Source: Actinomycetota bacterium (GTDB lineage Bacteria; Actinomycetota; Geothermincolia; Fen-727; Anoxymicrobiaceae). From it: a stretch of 64,000 nucleotides of DNA. Positions 31,062-40,319 of the stretch are shown here, piece after piece. The stretch is from assembly GCA_016927325.1 (NCBI GenBank), contig JAFGMY010000043.1, positions 2,612 through 66,611 of the forward strand, read 5' to 3'. The position numbers and the translations under genes are program-made. Under the pieces are notes generated by a model, which was given only the letters and a program-made list of their open reading frames with translations, made no database searches and had not been told where the DNA came from. The first letter of the stretch is position 1, and every line of letters starts with the position of its first letter.

Positions 31062-31427
31062 ATGAAAGAAAAAATTTCCGGTCTGGTTTGCGACATATCA
31101 ACAAATCCCTTTCAGACTTTTTCTCACAAGAGAAAAGAGAATTCGACGTTCCTGAGTTTCGATATAAGCTTCAATGTTTATGATGAAGACGGGAAGATGA
31201 CACATGTCTGGTTCAACAGGTCCTTCCGGCTTCCCCCGCCGCTCGAAGATGGAGATCATATCGACATAATAGGAAGACATGGACGGCTGTTCGGTTTATA
31301 TGCAAGGAAGAACTTCTATGCACTCCGCATTATCGACAAGGAAAGGAAAAGGGAATACACTCCCTGGCGAAACCTGGAACTTAGTGAGAGTTCCGGATCG
31401 GGGACCAAGAGTAGCGTCCTGGCATAG
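31062..31427 (+). CDS. hypothetical protein (121 aa)
   Basis: Start moved to ATG 31062 (MKEKISGL...), because the listed upstream extension overlaps coaBC. No motif recognised. Coding status is supported only by ORF length and position. Confidence 0.4.
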   Translation: MKEKISGLVCDISTNPFQTFSHKRKENSTFLSFDISFNVYDEDGKMTHVWFNRSFRLPPPLEDGDHIDIIGRHGRLFGLYARKNFYALRIIDKERKREYTPWRNLELSESSGSGTKSSVLA

Positions 31428-31955
31428 ATATTGGAGTTGAAACCTGTTCAACCGGACCCCCTTGTTTAATTATGACCCCGCATATCCTTGGATACAGTAT
31501 CGCAATGTGGATTGCGTGCCCGGCCTCCATTCTTACCGCCGGAGAGAATCCGGAATTTAAGGTACCAGGACAATATAACTATCATATAAAAGTTATAATA
31601 CCTATTATAACTGCCGGAAGTCATGGAGGGCCTACTCCCCTGAAATACATGAATCAATCAACCATCAGTCTGTTCGAAAAGCCGCGGCCTTCAGTTAAAT
31701 TTAACTTAAGGATTATCGGGACTGGAAGGTTGTGCCGGGACGTAAGTGTTTTATCGCAGGTAATGCCCCGGGAACCCGTATCCCCGTCCCCGGTATTATG
31801 AGGCGGCTGAGATTAAAGTAAGTGCTTTGTTAAGTCGAGTCAAGGCATAGAAGCGGCCTGTTTTACAGAGTATGCCCTGGGTGTGGTTTATTTGAGGGTG
31901 CGGCCGTAAATGAAACTGGACGGTTGACAGGGCGACCTCTGAAAAAGGGATTCCC

Positions 31956-34487
31956 TTGTTTGATAATCCGGGGCGGCTTATGGAAAGAAAGACGGTTCGT
32001 GTGAAGCAGAAGGAGTTGAAGCCGGGATTGGACGGCACATTCAAGTCGTTTGGTGTCTTGAGTGACTTGAGTGTGTTTGACGACATTCCAGTACGGGTCC
32101 TTATCAAGGACGCGGATTCCACCTGGGTATACGCCAACAATCTGCTTGCCGGCGATATGGGGCTTTCCCGGGAAGAGATTCCAGGTAAGACCGATTACGA
32201 TTTCTTTGACTACGAGGCCGCGGGTGAGATCCGAAGCGGCGACAAAGAAGTAATGGGGTCCGGAACTCCCATGAGGTCCACCGGCAAGTATGAAATATCC
32301 GGCAGGGAATGGACGGCGGAGAAGATAGCTTCACCGGTGTTCGATGAAAACGGAGAGGTAATCGGCGTTTCGATTTTCATTCTCGACGTAATCGATTCAG
32401 GCAGGGCGGAAGAGAAGCTTGATCAATACCGGGAGCGCAGCAGATCTCTGGAGAGGGAAGTCAAAGAGCGGATCACCGCCCTTGAAAAGGAGAGGGAGTT
32501 TAACGACGAGGTTCTTGACGCGCTTCCGGAAATTGTGTGGGTATACAACATTGCTGACGGCCATTTTATCAAGTGCAACGAAGCGTTTACCGCTATCACC
32601 GGTTATTCGGATAAAGACATCGGACGAATGAATCCGGTGGATATTGTTTCGGAAGATGATGTGCCGAAGGCCATGGAAGCGATTTCGAGAACGATTACCG
32701 ATGGAGAGGTGCATGTTGAGCTGTCATTGATTACCAGAGAAGGGCTTACCGTGCCTGTTGAACACCACACGGTGCTGCTCAAGGACGCCGATGGGGCCCC
32801 GACCCTGATTGCCTGCGCGGCGATGGAGATAACGCAGAGAAAGTGGGCCCAGCAACTGGTTGAGGCGCAACGGGATTTCGCGATGGTGCTGATGCAGTGC
32901 ATAGGTCTTCCGGAGACGCTGGAAACGGCTCTCAAATTCATAATGGAGGTGACCGGCCTGGACGGCGGCCTGATTTATGATCTTGACGATTACTCAGAGA
33001 AGTTCAATCCCCTGTTCAGTACCGGTTTGTCCGGTGAATACCGAAGCGCGATTGATGAAGGCAAAGCGTATGTGCCGGATGTAAATGTGGCTCGCGAGGG
33101 CATATTCATATATATGGGTTACGAAGACCTGAAAGGGCTCGGGTTCGATTCGGAGTTGAAGGAAGGCGTAAAGTGTTTCGCGGTAATACCGGTATTCAAC
33201 GGCAATGAGCTGCTTTGCTGCATGATGATGGTCTCCCGGTCGGATGAAACAGTGTCCAATGAAATCCAGGAGCTTGTCGAAACACTTATTGTGCTGGTGA
33301 GCCAGGCTGTGGACTGCGCCTGCCTCAATACCGCTCTTCAGGAAAGCGAGGGGCGGTTCCGTGCGGTGTTTGAATCGTCAACCGATGCCGTACTGATTCT
33401 TGGGGTGGACCACCGGTGTCTGTATATAAATCCAGCGGGTGTAAACGCGCTTGGTTATCATGAGGAATCTCTTGCGGGCATCGATCTTCGCGAGGGTTTG
33501 AAGGATTGCCCGGAGTATTTGAGCAAGTGGATGGACTGGGCCGGGGAAGTCTTCAACAGTCAGAAGCCCCTGTATGTTGAAGATGAAAGGGACATTAACG
33601 GTGTGGACCTGTTCAGCGAGCTCAGGTTTTTCCCCATAAGAGATCCGTCCGGCGAGGTTTTCGCCGTGGGTATTATCTACCGTGACGTTACCGAGCGAAA
33701 AATCGCTGAAAGGGAACTGAAAAGGTATCAGACGCACCTCGAGGAGATAGTTGAAGAACATACTACAAGGCTTCAGGACACTCTCGATGATCTGGAAAGA
33801 TCGAACGCCGAACTCGAGCAGTTCGCTTATATCGCTTCCCATGATTTGAAAGAGCCCCTGCGCATGGTGAGCAGCTATATTCAACTGATCGCGAAACGGT
33901 ACCGTGGAAAGCTTGATCCTGACGCCGATGAGTTCATCGATTACGCTATTGACGGGGCGAAAAGAATGCAGGAGTTGATCGATGACCTGCTCGCGTACTC
34001 CCGTGTCGGGACGAGGGGCGGAACCTTCGAGCATGTCGACACGGAACTGATACTCAACCGCGCAAAGGGCAATCTCGAGAGCCAGATCGCCGAGACGGAA
34101 GCGGTAATAAGCAACGACCCACTGCCGGCTGTCTTCGGGGATATGTCTCAAATGGTTCAGCTGTTTCAGAACCTTCTGGGCAACGCGATGAAGTTCAAGG
34201 GTGACGGCAGGCCGATAATCCGTGTATCCGCGCGTCCAAAGGGCGATTTCTGGGAGTTTTCAGTAAGTGATAACGGCATCGGCTTCGAGCCGAAGTTCAG
34301 GGAACGGATTTTCACCCTCTTTCAGCGTTTGAACGCGAAAGGGAAGTTCGGCGGGACCGGGATCGGTCTTTCGGTGTGCGAAAGGATTGTACTCCGCCAT
34401 GGAGGAGAAATATGGGCCGAGTCCAGGCCCGGAGAAGGGTCCACTTTTTATTTCACCCTGCCGATGAGAGGAGGAGCCGGATCATGA
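31956..34487 (+). CDS. multi-PAS/GAF sensor histidine kinase
   Basis: 843 aa. Several PAS-like segments, H-box ASHDLKEPLRMV, N-box LLGNAMKF, G-boxes DNGIGF and GTGIGLSV. Start is either TTG 31956 or ATG 31980. Confidence 0.88.
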   Translation: MFDNPGRLMERKTVRVKQKELKPGLDGTFKSFGVLSDLSVFDDIPVRVLIKDADSTWVYANNLLAGDMGLSREEIPGKTDYDFFDYEAAGEIRSGDKEVMGSGTPMRSTGKYEISGREWTAEKIASPVFDENGEVIGVSIFILDVIDSGRAEEKLDQYRERSRSLEREVKERITALEKEREFNDEVLDALPEIVWVYNIADGHFIKCNEAFTAITGYSDKDIGRMNPVDIVSEDDVPKAMEAISRTITDGEVHVELSLITREGLTVPVEHHTVLLKDADGAPTLIACAAMEITQRKWAQQLVEAQRDFAMVLMQCIGLPETLETALKFIMEVTGLDGGLIYDLDDYSEKFNPLFSTGLSGEYRSAIDEGKAYVPDVNVAREGIFIYMGYEDLKGLGFDSELKEGVKCFAVIPVFNGNELLCCMMMVSRSDETVSNEIQELVETLIVLVSQAVDCACLNTALQESEGRFRAVFESSTDAVLILGVDHRCLYINPAGVNALGYHEESLAGIDLREGLKDCPEYLSKWMDWAGEVFNSQKPLYVEDERDINGVDLFSELRFFPIRDPSGEVFAVGIIYRDVTERKIAERELKRYQTHLEEIVEEHTTRLQDTLDDLERSNAELEQFAYIASHDLKEPLRMVSSYIQLIAKRYRGKLDPDADEFIDYAIDGAKRMQELIDDLLAYSRVGTRGGTFEHVDTELILNRAKGNLESQIAETEAVISNDPLPAVFGDMSQMVQLFQNLLGNAMKFKGDGRPIIRVSARPKGDFWEFSVSDNGIGFEPKFRERIFTLFQRLNAKGKFGGTGIGLSVCERIVLRHGGEIWAESRPGEGSTFYFTLPMRGGAGS

Positions 34488-34978
34488 CTGGAAAATGTGA
34501 AGGTTCCGTTATCGAGATACTGCTCATCGAAGACAACCAGGGCGATGCGAGGCTGACCGAGGAAGCGTTGAAGGACGGGAACATCTGTTTTGAACTGCAT
34601 GTGGTGGAGGACGGCCTGGAAGCGCTTTTATTTCTGAGAGGTGAAGGGAAATATGCCCGCAGGACAGTGCCGGACTTGATTCTTCTCGATCTGAACCTGC
34701 CGGTAATGGACGGGAGGGAACTTCTGGTCAAGCTGAAAGAAGATGAGAAGCTGAGGATGATACCGGTGATTGTCCTGACGGCTTCGAAGAGCGAAAACGA
34801 TATTGCACGGAGTTACGACTCACAGGCGAACGCGTATATTACGAAACCGGCCGACCTGGACCAGTTCTCCGATGTAATAAAGGCAGTGGAGGATTTCTGG
34901 CTTACGGTGGTCAGGCTTCCCTCGGTCAGACATAAGTCAAATATGGACAACCATCAAAAGCATGGATCTGGAGTGTAG
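34484..34978 (+). CDS. single-domain response regulator (receiver only)
   Basis: Start at ATG 34484 overlapping the kinase TGA (ATGA). ILLIEDNQGD...LILLDLNLPVMDG...VIVLTASK...AYITKP. Confidence 0.88.
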   Translation: MTGKCEGSVIEILLIEDNQGDARLTEEALKDGNICFELHVVEDGLEALLFLRGEGKYARRTVPDLILLDLNLPVMDGRELLVKLKEDEKLRMIPVIVLTASKSENDIARSYDSQANAYITKPADLDQFSDVIKAVEDFWLTVVRLPSVRHKSNMDNHQKHGSGV

Positions 34979-34984
34979 GTCACG

Positions 34985-36817
34985 ATGGAAGAGGCAGCAA
35001 GAAATATTCTGGTAATCATGGATGATGAAGATATTGTCGACAGACTCGAAGAGTATCTGCCGGCCGGGAAAGATGTGAAACACTGTTTGCACTCGGAGAA
35101 CAGGCTTGATTCAGGCCTGGATTATATTTCCCGCAACGATATTGATCTGGTCTTTCTCGCGTTGGACCTGCCCGACAGCGAGGGGTTCAATACTTTTGAA
35201 AGAGCAAGGCAGTCCGCGTACGGCGTACCGATAGTGGTGTTGATTTCTGTTGATGAAATTGAAGCGGCAAAAGAAGCGATCAGGCATGGAGCGAGGGATT
35301 ACCTCGTAATTGAAAAGTTAAACAGGAGGGAACTTGAAATCATCGCGGGCGGGGCATTCAGGGAAAGGGAATTCCATGCCCAGTCGATGCTGGTGGAAGA
35401 TGATTTAAGCAAGCTTTTCCAGGACTACCCCGAAGCAATAATAATATTTGATTCCGCGGGAATGATTATGCTTGCGAATCCCGCCGCCGAGTCGATACTC
35501 GGTCTTGCGCCGGAAGAACTCGTCGGCAGCCTTTTCGGTTTCTCTCTAACCGGCGGCGGGCATACCGAGGTTGAGATAAAGCATGAGGACTCGGGACCGG
35601 GAACCGCCGAAATGAATATCTCCAAAACCCAGTGGCGTGGGGAACCCGCTTATATCGCGACATTCCGGGACGTAACCGACCGGAGGCAGATGGAGGACAA
35701 GCTCCGCGAAAGTGAGGCGAAGTACCGCTTGCTGGTGGAGAACCTTCAGGAAGGCATTATGGCGATCAATGAGAAGGCCGTTACGACTTTCATTAACGAG
35801 CGGATGGCGGAGATGCTGGGTTATAAAGTAGAGGAGATGCTCGGAAAACCGTTGTTCGCCTTCATGGACGAAGAGGCTACCGGTGTCGCCAAGAGTTATA
35901 TCGAAAGGCGAAGAGTCGGAAAGGGAAAAAGGCAGGAGTTCGATCTCATTTCCAAGAACGGGTCAAAGATCCATGTCAGCGTTGCCATGACGCCGGTAGC
36001 TAATGAAAACGGGGACTACAGAGGCGCGATAATGGCGCTTGCTGATGTTACGGATTTGCAGAGGGCCGCAATCGCGCTCGAGGACCAGACAAAAGAATTA
36101 AGCGACCTGATCGATGTGGCCGCCCACGAACTGAGGCATCCGGCGACAATCTTCAAAGGGTACTCGACTTTGCTTCTGGAGCAATGGGACAACATGAGCG
36201 AGGAGATGATAAGGGAAGCTCTGGTGAGCATAGATCTCGCGACAAACAGGCTCGCCCATCTTGTCAACGAACTTTTCGAAGCTTCGAGAATTGAACGGGG
36301 CACTATAACCATGGCGTATCAGGAGATCAGCCCTTATCAGCTGGTCATGAGAGCTATACACGAGATAAGGGCGGTAGGCAACACCAACAGGTTCAACGTC
36401 AGAACGCTTGAAGACGACGAGATAATCGAGGTTGACGCGGAGAGAGTCAAGGATGTCATTTACAATCTCATCGACAACGCGGTCAAGTACTCGGATGAAG
36501 GAAGTGATGTCGATATCTGGTGGGAGAGAGGCAACGACGAAGTAGTGTTCTCAATAGCTGATAGAGGCATCGGTATAAGCGTGGAGGACAGGGCAAAGGT
36601 CTTCGACCGGTTTTTCCAGGTCGAGGATGCTATTCATCACTCCACCCCCGGCATCGGGCTTGGGCTTTACATCGGCAGAAACTATGTTGTTGCCCACAGG
36701 GGATGGATGAGGTTGGATCCCCGTGAAGGAGGGGGTTCGGTTTTCACCTTCGGGATACCTCTTTACCAGAGCAGGGAAGCCGGTGATTCGGAAAAAATGA
36801 AATGGGCGAAACGATGA
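34985..36817 (+). CDS. hybrid REC-PAS-PAS histidine kinase
   Basis: 610 aa. N-terminal receiver-like domain (VIMDDED...LALDLPDSEG), two PAS segments, H-box AAHELRHPAT, then DNAVKYS, DRGIGIS, GIGLGLYI. Confidence 0.88.
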   Translation: MEEAARNILVIMDDEDIVDRLEEYLPAGKDVKHCLHSENRLDSGLDYISRNDIDLVFLALDLPDSEGFNTFERARQSAYGVPIVVLISVDEIEAAKEAIRHGARDYLVIEKLNRRELEIIAGGAFREREFHAQSMLVEDDLSKLFQDYPEAIIIFDSAGMIMLANPAAESILGLAPEELVGSLFGFSLTGGGHTEVEIKHEDSGPGTAEMNISKTQWRGEPAYIATFRDVTDRRQMEDKLRESEAKYRLLVENLQEGIMAINEKAVTTFINERMAEMLGYKVEEMLGKPLFAFMDEEATGVAKSYIERRRVGKGKRQEFDLISKNGSKIHVSVAMTPVANENGDYRGAIMALADVTDLQRAAIALEDQTKELSDLIDVAAHELRHPATIFKGYSTLLLEQWDNMSEEMIREALVSIDLATNRLAHLVNELFEASRIERGTITMAYQEISPYQLVMRAIHEIRAVGNTNRFNVRTLEDDEIIEVDAERVKDVIYNLIDNAVKYSDEGSDVDIWWERGNDEVVFSIADRGIGISVEDRAKVFDRFFQVEDAIHHSTPGIGLGLYIGRNYVVAHRGWMRLDPREGGGSVFTFGIPLYQSREAGDSEKMKWAKR

Positions 36818-37221
36818 CGGAAGAAAAAGTTGAGACGGTTCTGGTTATTGACGACGATCCTACAATACTGAATGTTATCAGGATGATTCTGGAGACAAAC
36901 AGTTACCGGGTCCAGGAGGCACTATCCGGTGAAGGCGGGTTTACCGCGGCCAAAGAGGTGAGGCCGGATGCGATTCTGCTTGACATAATGATGCCCGATC
37001 TCGACGGTTTCGAGTTGTGCAGGAGATTGAAGCTTGATGAGGAGTGCCGCGATATACCGGTTATTTTCGTCACGGCAAAGACAGCGCCCGAGCACCTGAG
37101 AAAAGGTCTTTCACTCGGTGCTTCCGGTTTTGTAACCAAACCGTTTACCGTGCGGAAACTGGTAGGCGAAGTCGCCGCCGCCATCGATGCGGCACGGAAA
37201 AAAGAGCAATCCACGCCTTGA
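36814..37221 (+). CDS. single-domain response regulator (receiver only)
   Basis: Start at ATG 36814 overlapping the kinase TGA (ATGA). VLVIDDDP...ILLDIMMPDLDG...VIFVTAK...FVTKP. Confidence 0.88.
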   Translation: MTEEKVETVLVIDDDPTILNVIRMILETNSYRVQEALSGEGGFTAAKEVRPDAILLDIMMPDLDGFELCRRLKLDEECRDIPVIFVTAKTAPEHLRKGLSLGASGFVTKPFTVRKLVGEVAAAIDAARKKEQSTP

Positions 37222-37304
37222 GTTTCCAGGTTTGCCAAATGATAAATTTGGAATTCAGGAGATATGCCGGAGCGGGTTCAAAGGCTGGGACACCGGGAAG
37301 ACAG

Positions 37305-37392
<88 letters not shown>

Positions 37393-37786
37393 TTTATTTT
37401 TCAAGCGAACGCCAGCATGTCAGAATAATTTATTTTAGCGGGATTACAATAAACGTTTTTTGTGATTCAATCAACATGTTTTTCTATTGAGGCGGTTCGC
37501 GTCAGGAAAAGATAACTTTATTACCAGAGTCGATCGGTATGGCGGCCTTCAGGGTTCCGCTTTTGTAATATACTATAGTCTGCCTGTCAGTCAGGCCTTA
37601 AAAAGAATGGATTCGGCGAGTGGTGTCGAATCATAACTGCAGGGTGGATTTTGCGGCGCAACTGTAAAAACCGGTAGTCGTTGCTTAACAGTCGGTTGTA
37701 CGGGATGGGCCATGTTTTTCAATTTCCGGCCTGTTAATCTACAATGAGGAGAAACATTTTGGCATATTCTGGAAGGAGAGGGCGGC

Positions 37787-38524
37787 ATGCCTGAAGGTAT
37801 AGGGGACAAGTATCAGAAGCAGACCAAATACCGTAGGGGCCGGTTACCGAACAAGACGCTTGACTGGTCCAAGCGGCCGGACGTATACAAAGAGTATGTC
37901 GATACTCCAATTATCAAGTTGCCCAACCCACAACCGGTACCCGGCGGAATGGGGCTGGATGAAGCTTTCATGCGGAGAAAAAGCACAAGGGATTACGCGG
38001 CCAAGCCTATCAACAGCAATCAGATCTCATATCTGCTGTGGGCGAGCGCGGGTATTCAGAGGGTCGAGCGCGGCCATGAATTCAGGATGGTCCCCTCCGC
38101 GGGTGCGCTTTATCCTATAGAAACTTATGTCGTGATAAACAACTCCTTCGATATTCCCAGCGGTCTTTATCACTATTCGGTCAAGAAGCACCTGCTTGAA
38201 GAACTCAGGAGGGGCGATCTGGGTGTAGAGCTTGCGAGCGCCGCCCTGGACCAGGATGTTTGTGTTACCGCCGCGGCGGTTTTTATCTGGTCGGGGGTGT
38301 TTTTCCGGTCGAAGTGGAAGTATGGAGAGCGCGCTTATCGCTATACATATCTCGACGCGGGCCATATCGCCGAAAACCTGTACCTCGCAGCCGTCAGTAA
38401 GGGGCTTGGAGCCTGTTCCATCGGTGCGCTGTATGATGACGAACTGAATAAGTTCATCGGGGTTGACGGCGCCGAGGAGAGCGCTTTCTATATGTCCGTG
38501 GTGGGTTGGCCCGCTGAAGCCTGA
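37787..38524 (+). CDS. SagB-type (nitroreductase-fold) dehydrogenase family protein
   Basis: 245 aa. YQKQTKY leader, RRKSTRDY, RMVPSAGALYPIETYVV, YRYTYLDAGHIAENLYLAAVSKGLGACSIGALYD. Strong RBS GGAAGGAGAGGG upstream. Confidence 0.75.
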   Translation: MPEGIGDKYQKQTKYRRGRLPNKTLDWSKRPDVYKEYVDTPIIKLPNPQPVPGGMGLDEAFMRRKSTRDYAAKPINSNQISYLLWASAGIQRVERGHEFRMVPSAGALYPIETYVVINNSFDIPSGLYHYSVKKHLLEELRRGDLGVELASAALDQDVCVTAAAVFIWSGVFFRSKWKYGERAYRYTYLDAGHIAENLYLAAVSKGLGACSIGALYDDELNKFIGVDGAEESAFYMSVVGWPAEA

Positions 38525-38567
38525 CGCAGCCCGCAGGCACTTGAGCAGGCTGGACCACAGCCCCTGA

Positions 38568-39902
38568 TTATTTCATTTCAACAAGGGTGTTTGTGCGTTT
38601 CGCCCAGGCGTGATCGGCTATCTTGCGGTACTCTTCCGCGTATTCATCCAGTTCGGGCGCAAGGTCGCGGATAATCGCTTCCGCTCCCGAGTGGGTTGGA
38701 TGTGCGTCGCAGGCGGATACTACTTCGCGGAGGACTTCCGGTACATCAATTATCATGCAGGGCCGGTAGAGGTTATCGGTGTAAGGTTGCCTTTTCCTTA
38801 TTTCGGTGAAGAACTTCGAATTGAGAATTTCGGTGAGAGACTTCTCCCTTATGTTATCGACCGCGAAATGGCAGAAGACGCACGGCTCGACATCCCCGCT
38901 TGATGTCACATGCAGATAGCGGCTCCCGCCGGCGAGGCAGTGTCCCACCAGCGGGCCGTCGTTCCAGAAGTCGGCAAGAAGAATGTCGTTTTGCTCCCGC
39001 CGTACCCGCAGCCTTTCAAGCCTGTGTATTCGTTGCTCCGGGGTAGGCATCAAGCTGACGCCGGGTTCTTTTCCTACCGGCACATAATGAAAGTACCATC
39101 CGACCAGGCAGCCCCTGTCACGGTAGAAATCAATGAAATCGTCACTTAACAGGAGATCGTTGTTATCTCTGGTCGCGGTAGCGCTGAAGCCGAACACGAC
39201 ACCCGCGTTTCTCAGATGCTCCATGGCACCGAGTATCAGCCGGTAGGTGCCCTTGCCTCTTCGGGCGTCGGTTTCTTCCTCGTATCCTTCGACACTGATG
39301 CATGGATAGGCGTTTCCTGTTCTGGCTAGTTTTTCCGCAACTTCCCTGTTGATGAGAGTGCCGTTGGTGTAAACCTGAAAGAGGATGGAGGGGTGGTTTC
39401 TGAAAACGTCTATCAGTTCATCACCCAGCATGAACGGCTCACCCCCGGAGATGGTAATAAAATAGACTCCCATGGCCTCAGCCTGATCGAGGATACTTTC
39501 GAGAGTGTCCATCCCGAGGTCCTCCCCTTTGGAGTACTTGCCGGCATAACAGCCGTAGCAGTTTAAATTGCATCGCATCGTCGGGCTGATCACCAGAAGA
39601 ATCGGCGGTTTAAAGCCGTTTTCGGATTTGAAGCGGTCTCTCCTGTTGTCATTGCTGACAAGAGCGTTGCCGATGAATCCGGCGACACGCTTCTGGACGT
39701 CCGGCGACAGCTTGTCGAGGTTGCGCTTGGCAAGAAGGATCAGTGTTTTCATATAATCACGGCCTTCCGCGTAGTCGATCTTCTTAAGGCCGATATCGGC
39801 AGCGGCCATAAGCGAACGTTCGGGAATTGCTCTAAAGGAGGCAAGACTTCCCTTGACCAGTGTTTTCGCCGCGATATTTTTTGAGTACTCGACTATGCTC
39901 AT
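38568..39902 (-). CDS. radical SAM enzyme with C-terminal auxiliary Cys cluster (SPASM/twitch-like)
   Basis: Start set at Met73 of the listed ORF (ATG 39902-39900), preceded by GGAAAGGGG. ISPTMRCNLNCYGCYAG (Cx3Cx2C), GGEPF, and the C-terminal HCLAGG...SSGDVEPCVFCH...YRPC. A ~110-aa helical N-terminal extension precedes the core. Confidence 0.75.
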   Translation of the reverse strand: MSIVEYSKNIAAKTLVKGSLASFRAIPERSLMAAADIGLKKIDYAEGRDYMKTLILLAKRNLDKLSPDVQKRVAGFIGNALVSNDNRRDRFKSENGFKPPILLVISPTMRCNLNCYGCYAGKYSKGEDLGMDTLESILDQAEAMGVYFITISGGEPFMLGDELIDVFRNHPSILFQVYTNGTLINREVAEKLARTGNAYPCISVEGYEEETDARRGKGTYRLILGAMEHLRNAGVVFGFSATATRDNNDLLLSDDFIDFYRDRGCLVGWYFHYVPVGKEPGVSLMPTPEQRIHRLERLRVRREQNDILLADFWNDGPLVGHCLAGGSRYLHVTSSGDVEPCVFCHFAVDNIREKSLTEILNSKFFTEIRKRQPYTDNLYRPCMIIDVPEVLREVVSACDAHPTHSGAEAIIRDLAPELDEYAEEYRKIADHAWAKRTNTLVEMK

Positions 39903-40319
39903 TAAAAAACCCCTTTCCTGGAGCTCGTATTCTCGTGTAAATCCATGAGTGTCAAGATCACCGTAAAGACGGTTCACCCGCATGATGCACACCAAGTTCA
40001 TCATTATAACACCGCTTTTTGACCGCTTAAATGAGAAGAGTCGGTTCTTTGAGAAGCTGAAAGCTGTCATCTGCGGATGTGCGCTCATCTTGACCTGGAC
40101 AACAGCCGGGAGTGCCATACGAATAACGGAGGAAACATAAATTCAAACATTATGGAAAGCAGGCAAAATTGACCTGGGCGGTTTGGTTATGGTAGTTTTT
40201 CAAAACAAATGACCTGAGAACAAGTCTTGAAAGAACGTATCTGGAAACACCACCTGTACCGATTGGCATTATCAGGTCAAACATTGCTTTGTTTGTCCGG
40301 TTTCGATTGGGGGTAGAGC

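Noticed and set aside
31472-32140. Listed ORFs 31472-31801 (+, 109 aa) and 31796-32140 (-, 114 aa) in the gap before the kinase gene.
   Set aside because: They have no RBS and no recognisable motifs. The second overlaps the kinase 5' end in antisense. The region was treated as non-coding.
39903-40118. 72-codon N-terminal extension of the radical SAM ORF as listed (start at 40118).
   Set aside because: None of the upstream in-frame ATGs has an RBS. Met73 (39902) is preceded by GGAAAGGGG and begins the conserved-looking protein.
39982-40140. 52-aa plus-strand ORF (MMHTKFIIITPLFDRLNEKSRFFEKLKAVICGCALILTWTTAGSAIRITEET) in the radical SAM / MMPL spacer, considered as a RiPP precursor. A 25-aa His-rich ORF at 39945 was also considered.
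   Set aside because: Neither ORF has a ribosome-binding site, and there is no leader/core organisation or Gly-Gly-type cleavage motif. Both are antisense to the in-frame upstream extension of the radical SAM ORF. Conservation cannot be tested here.
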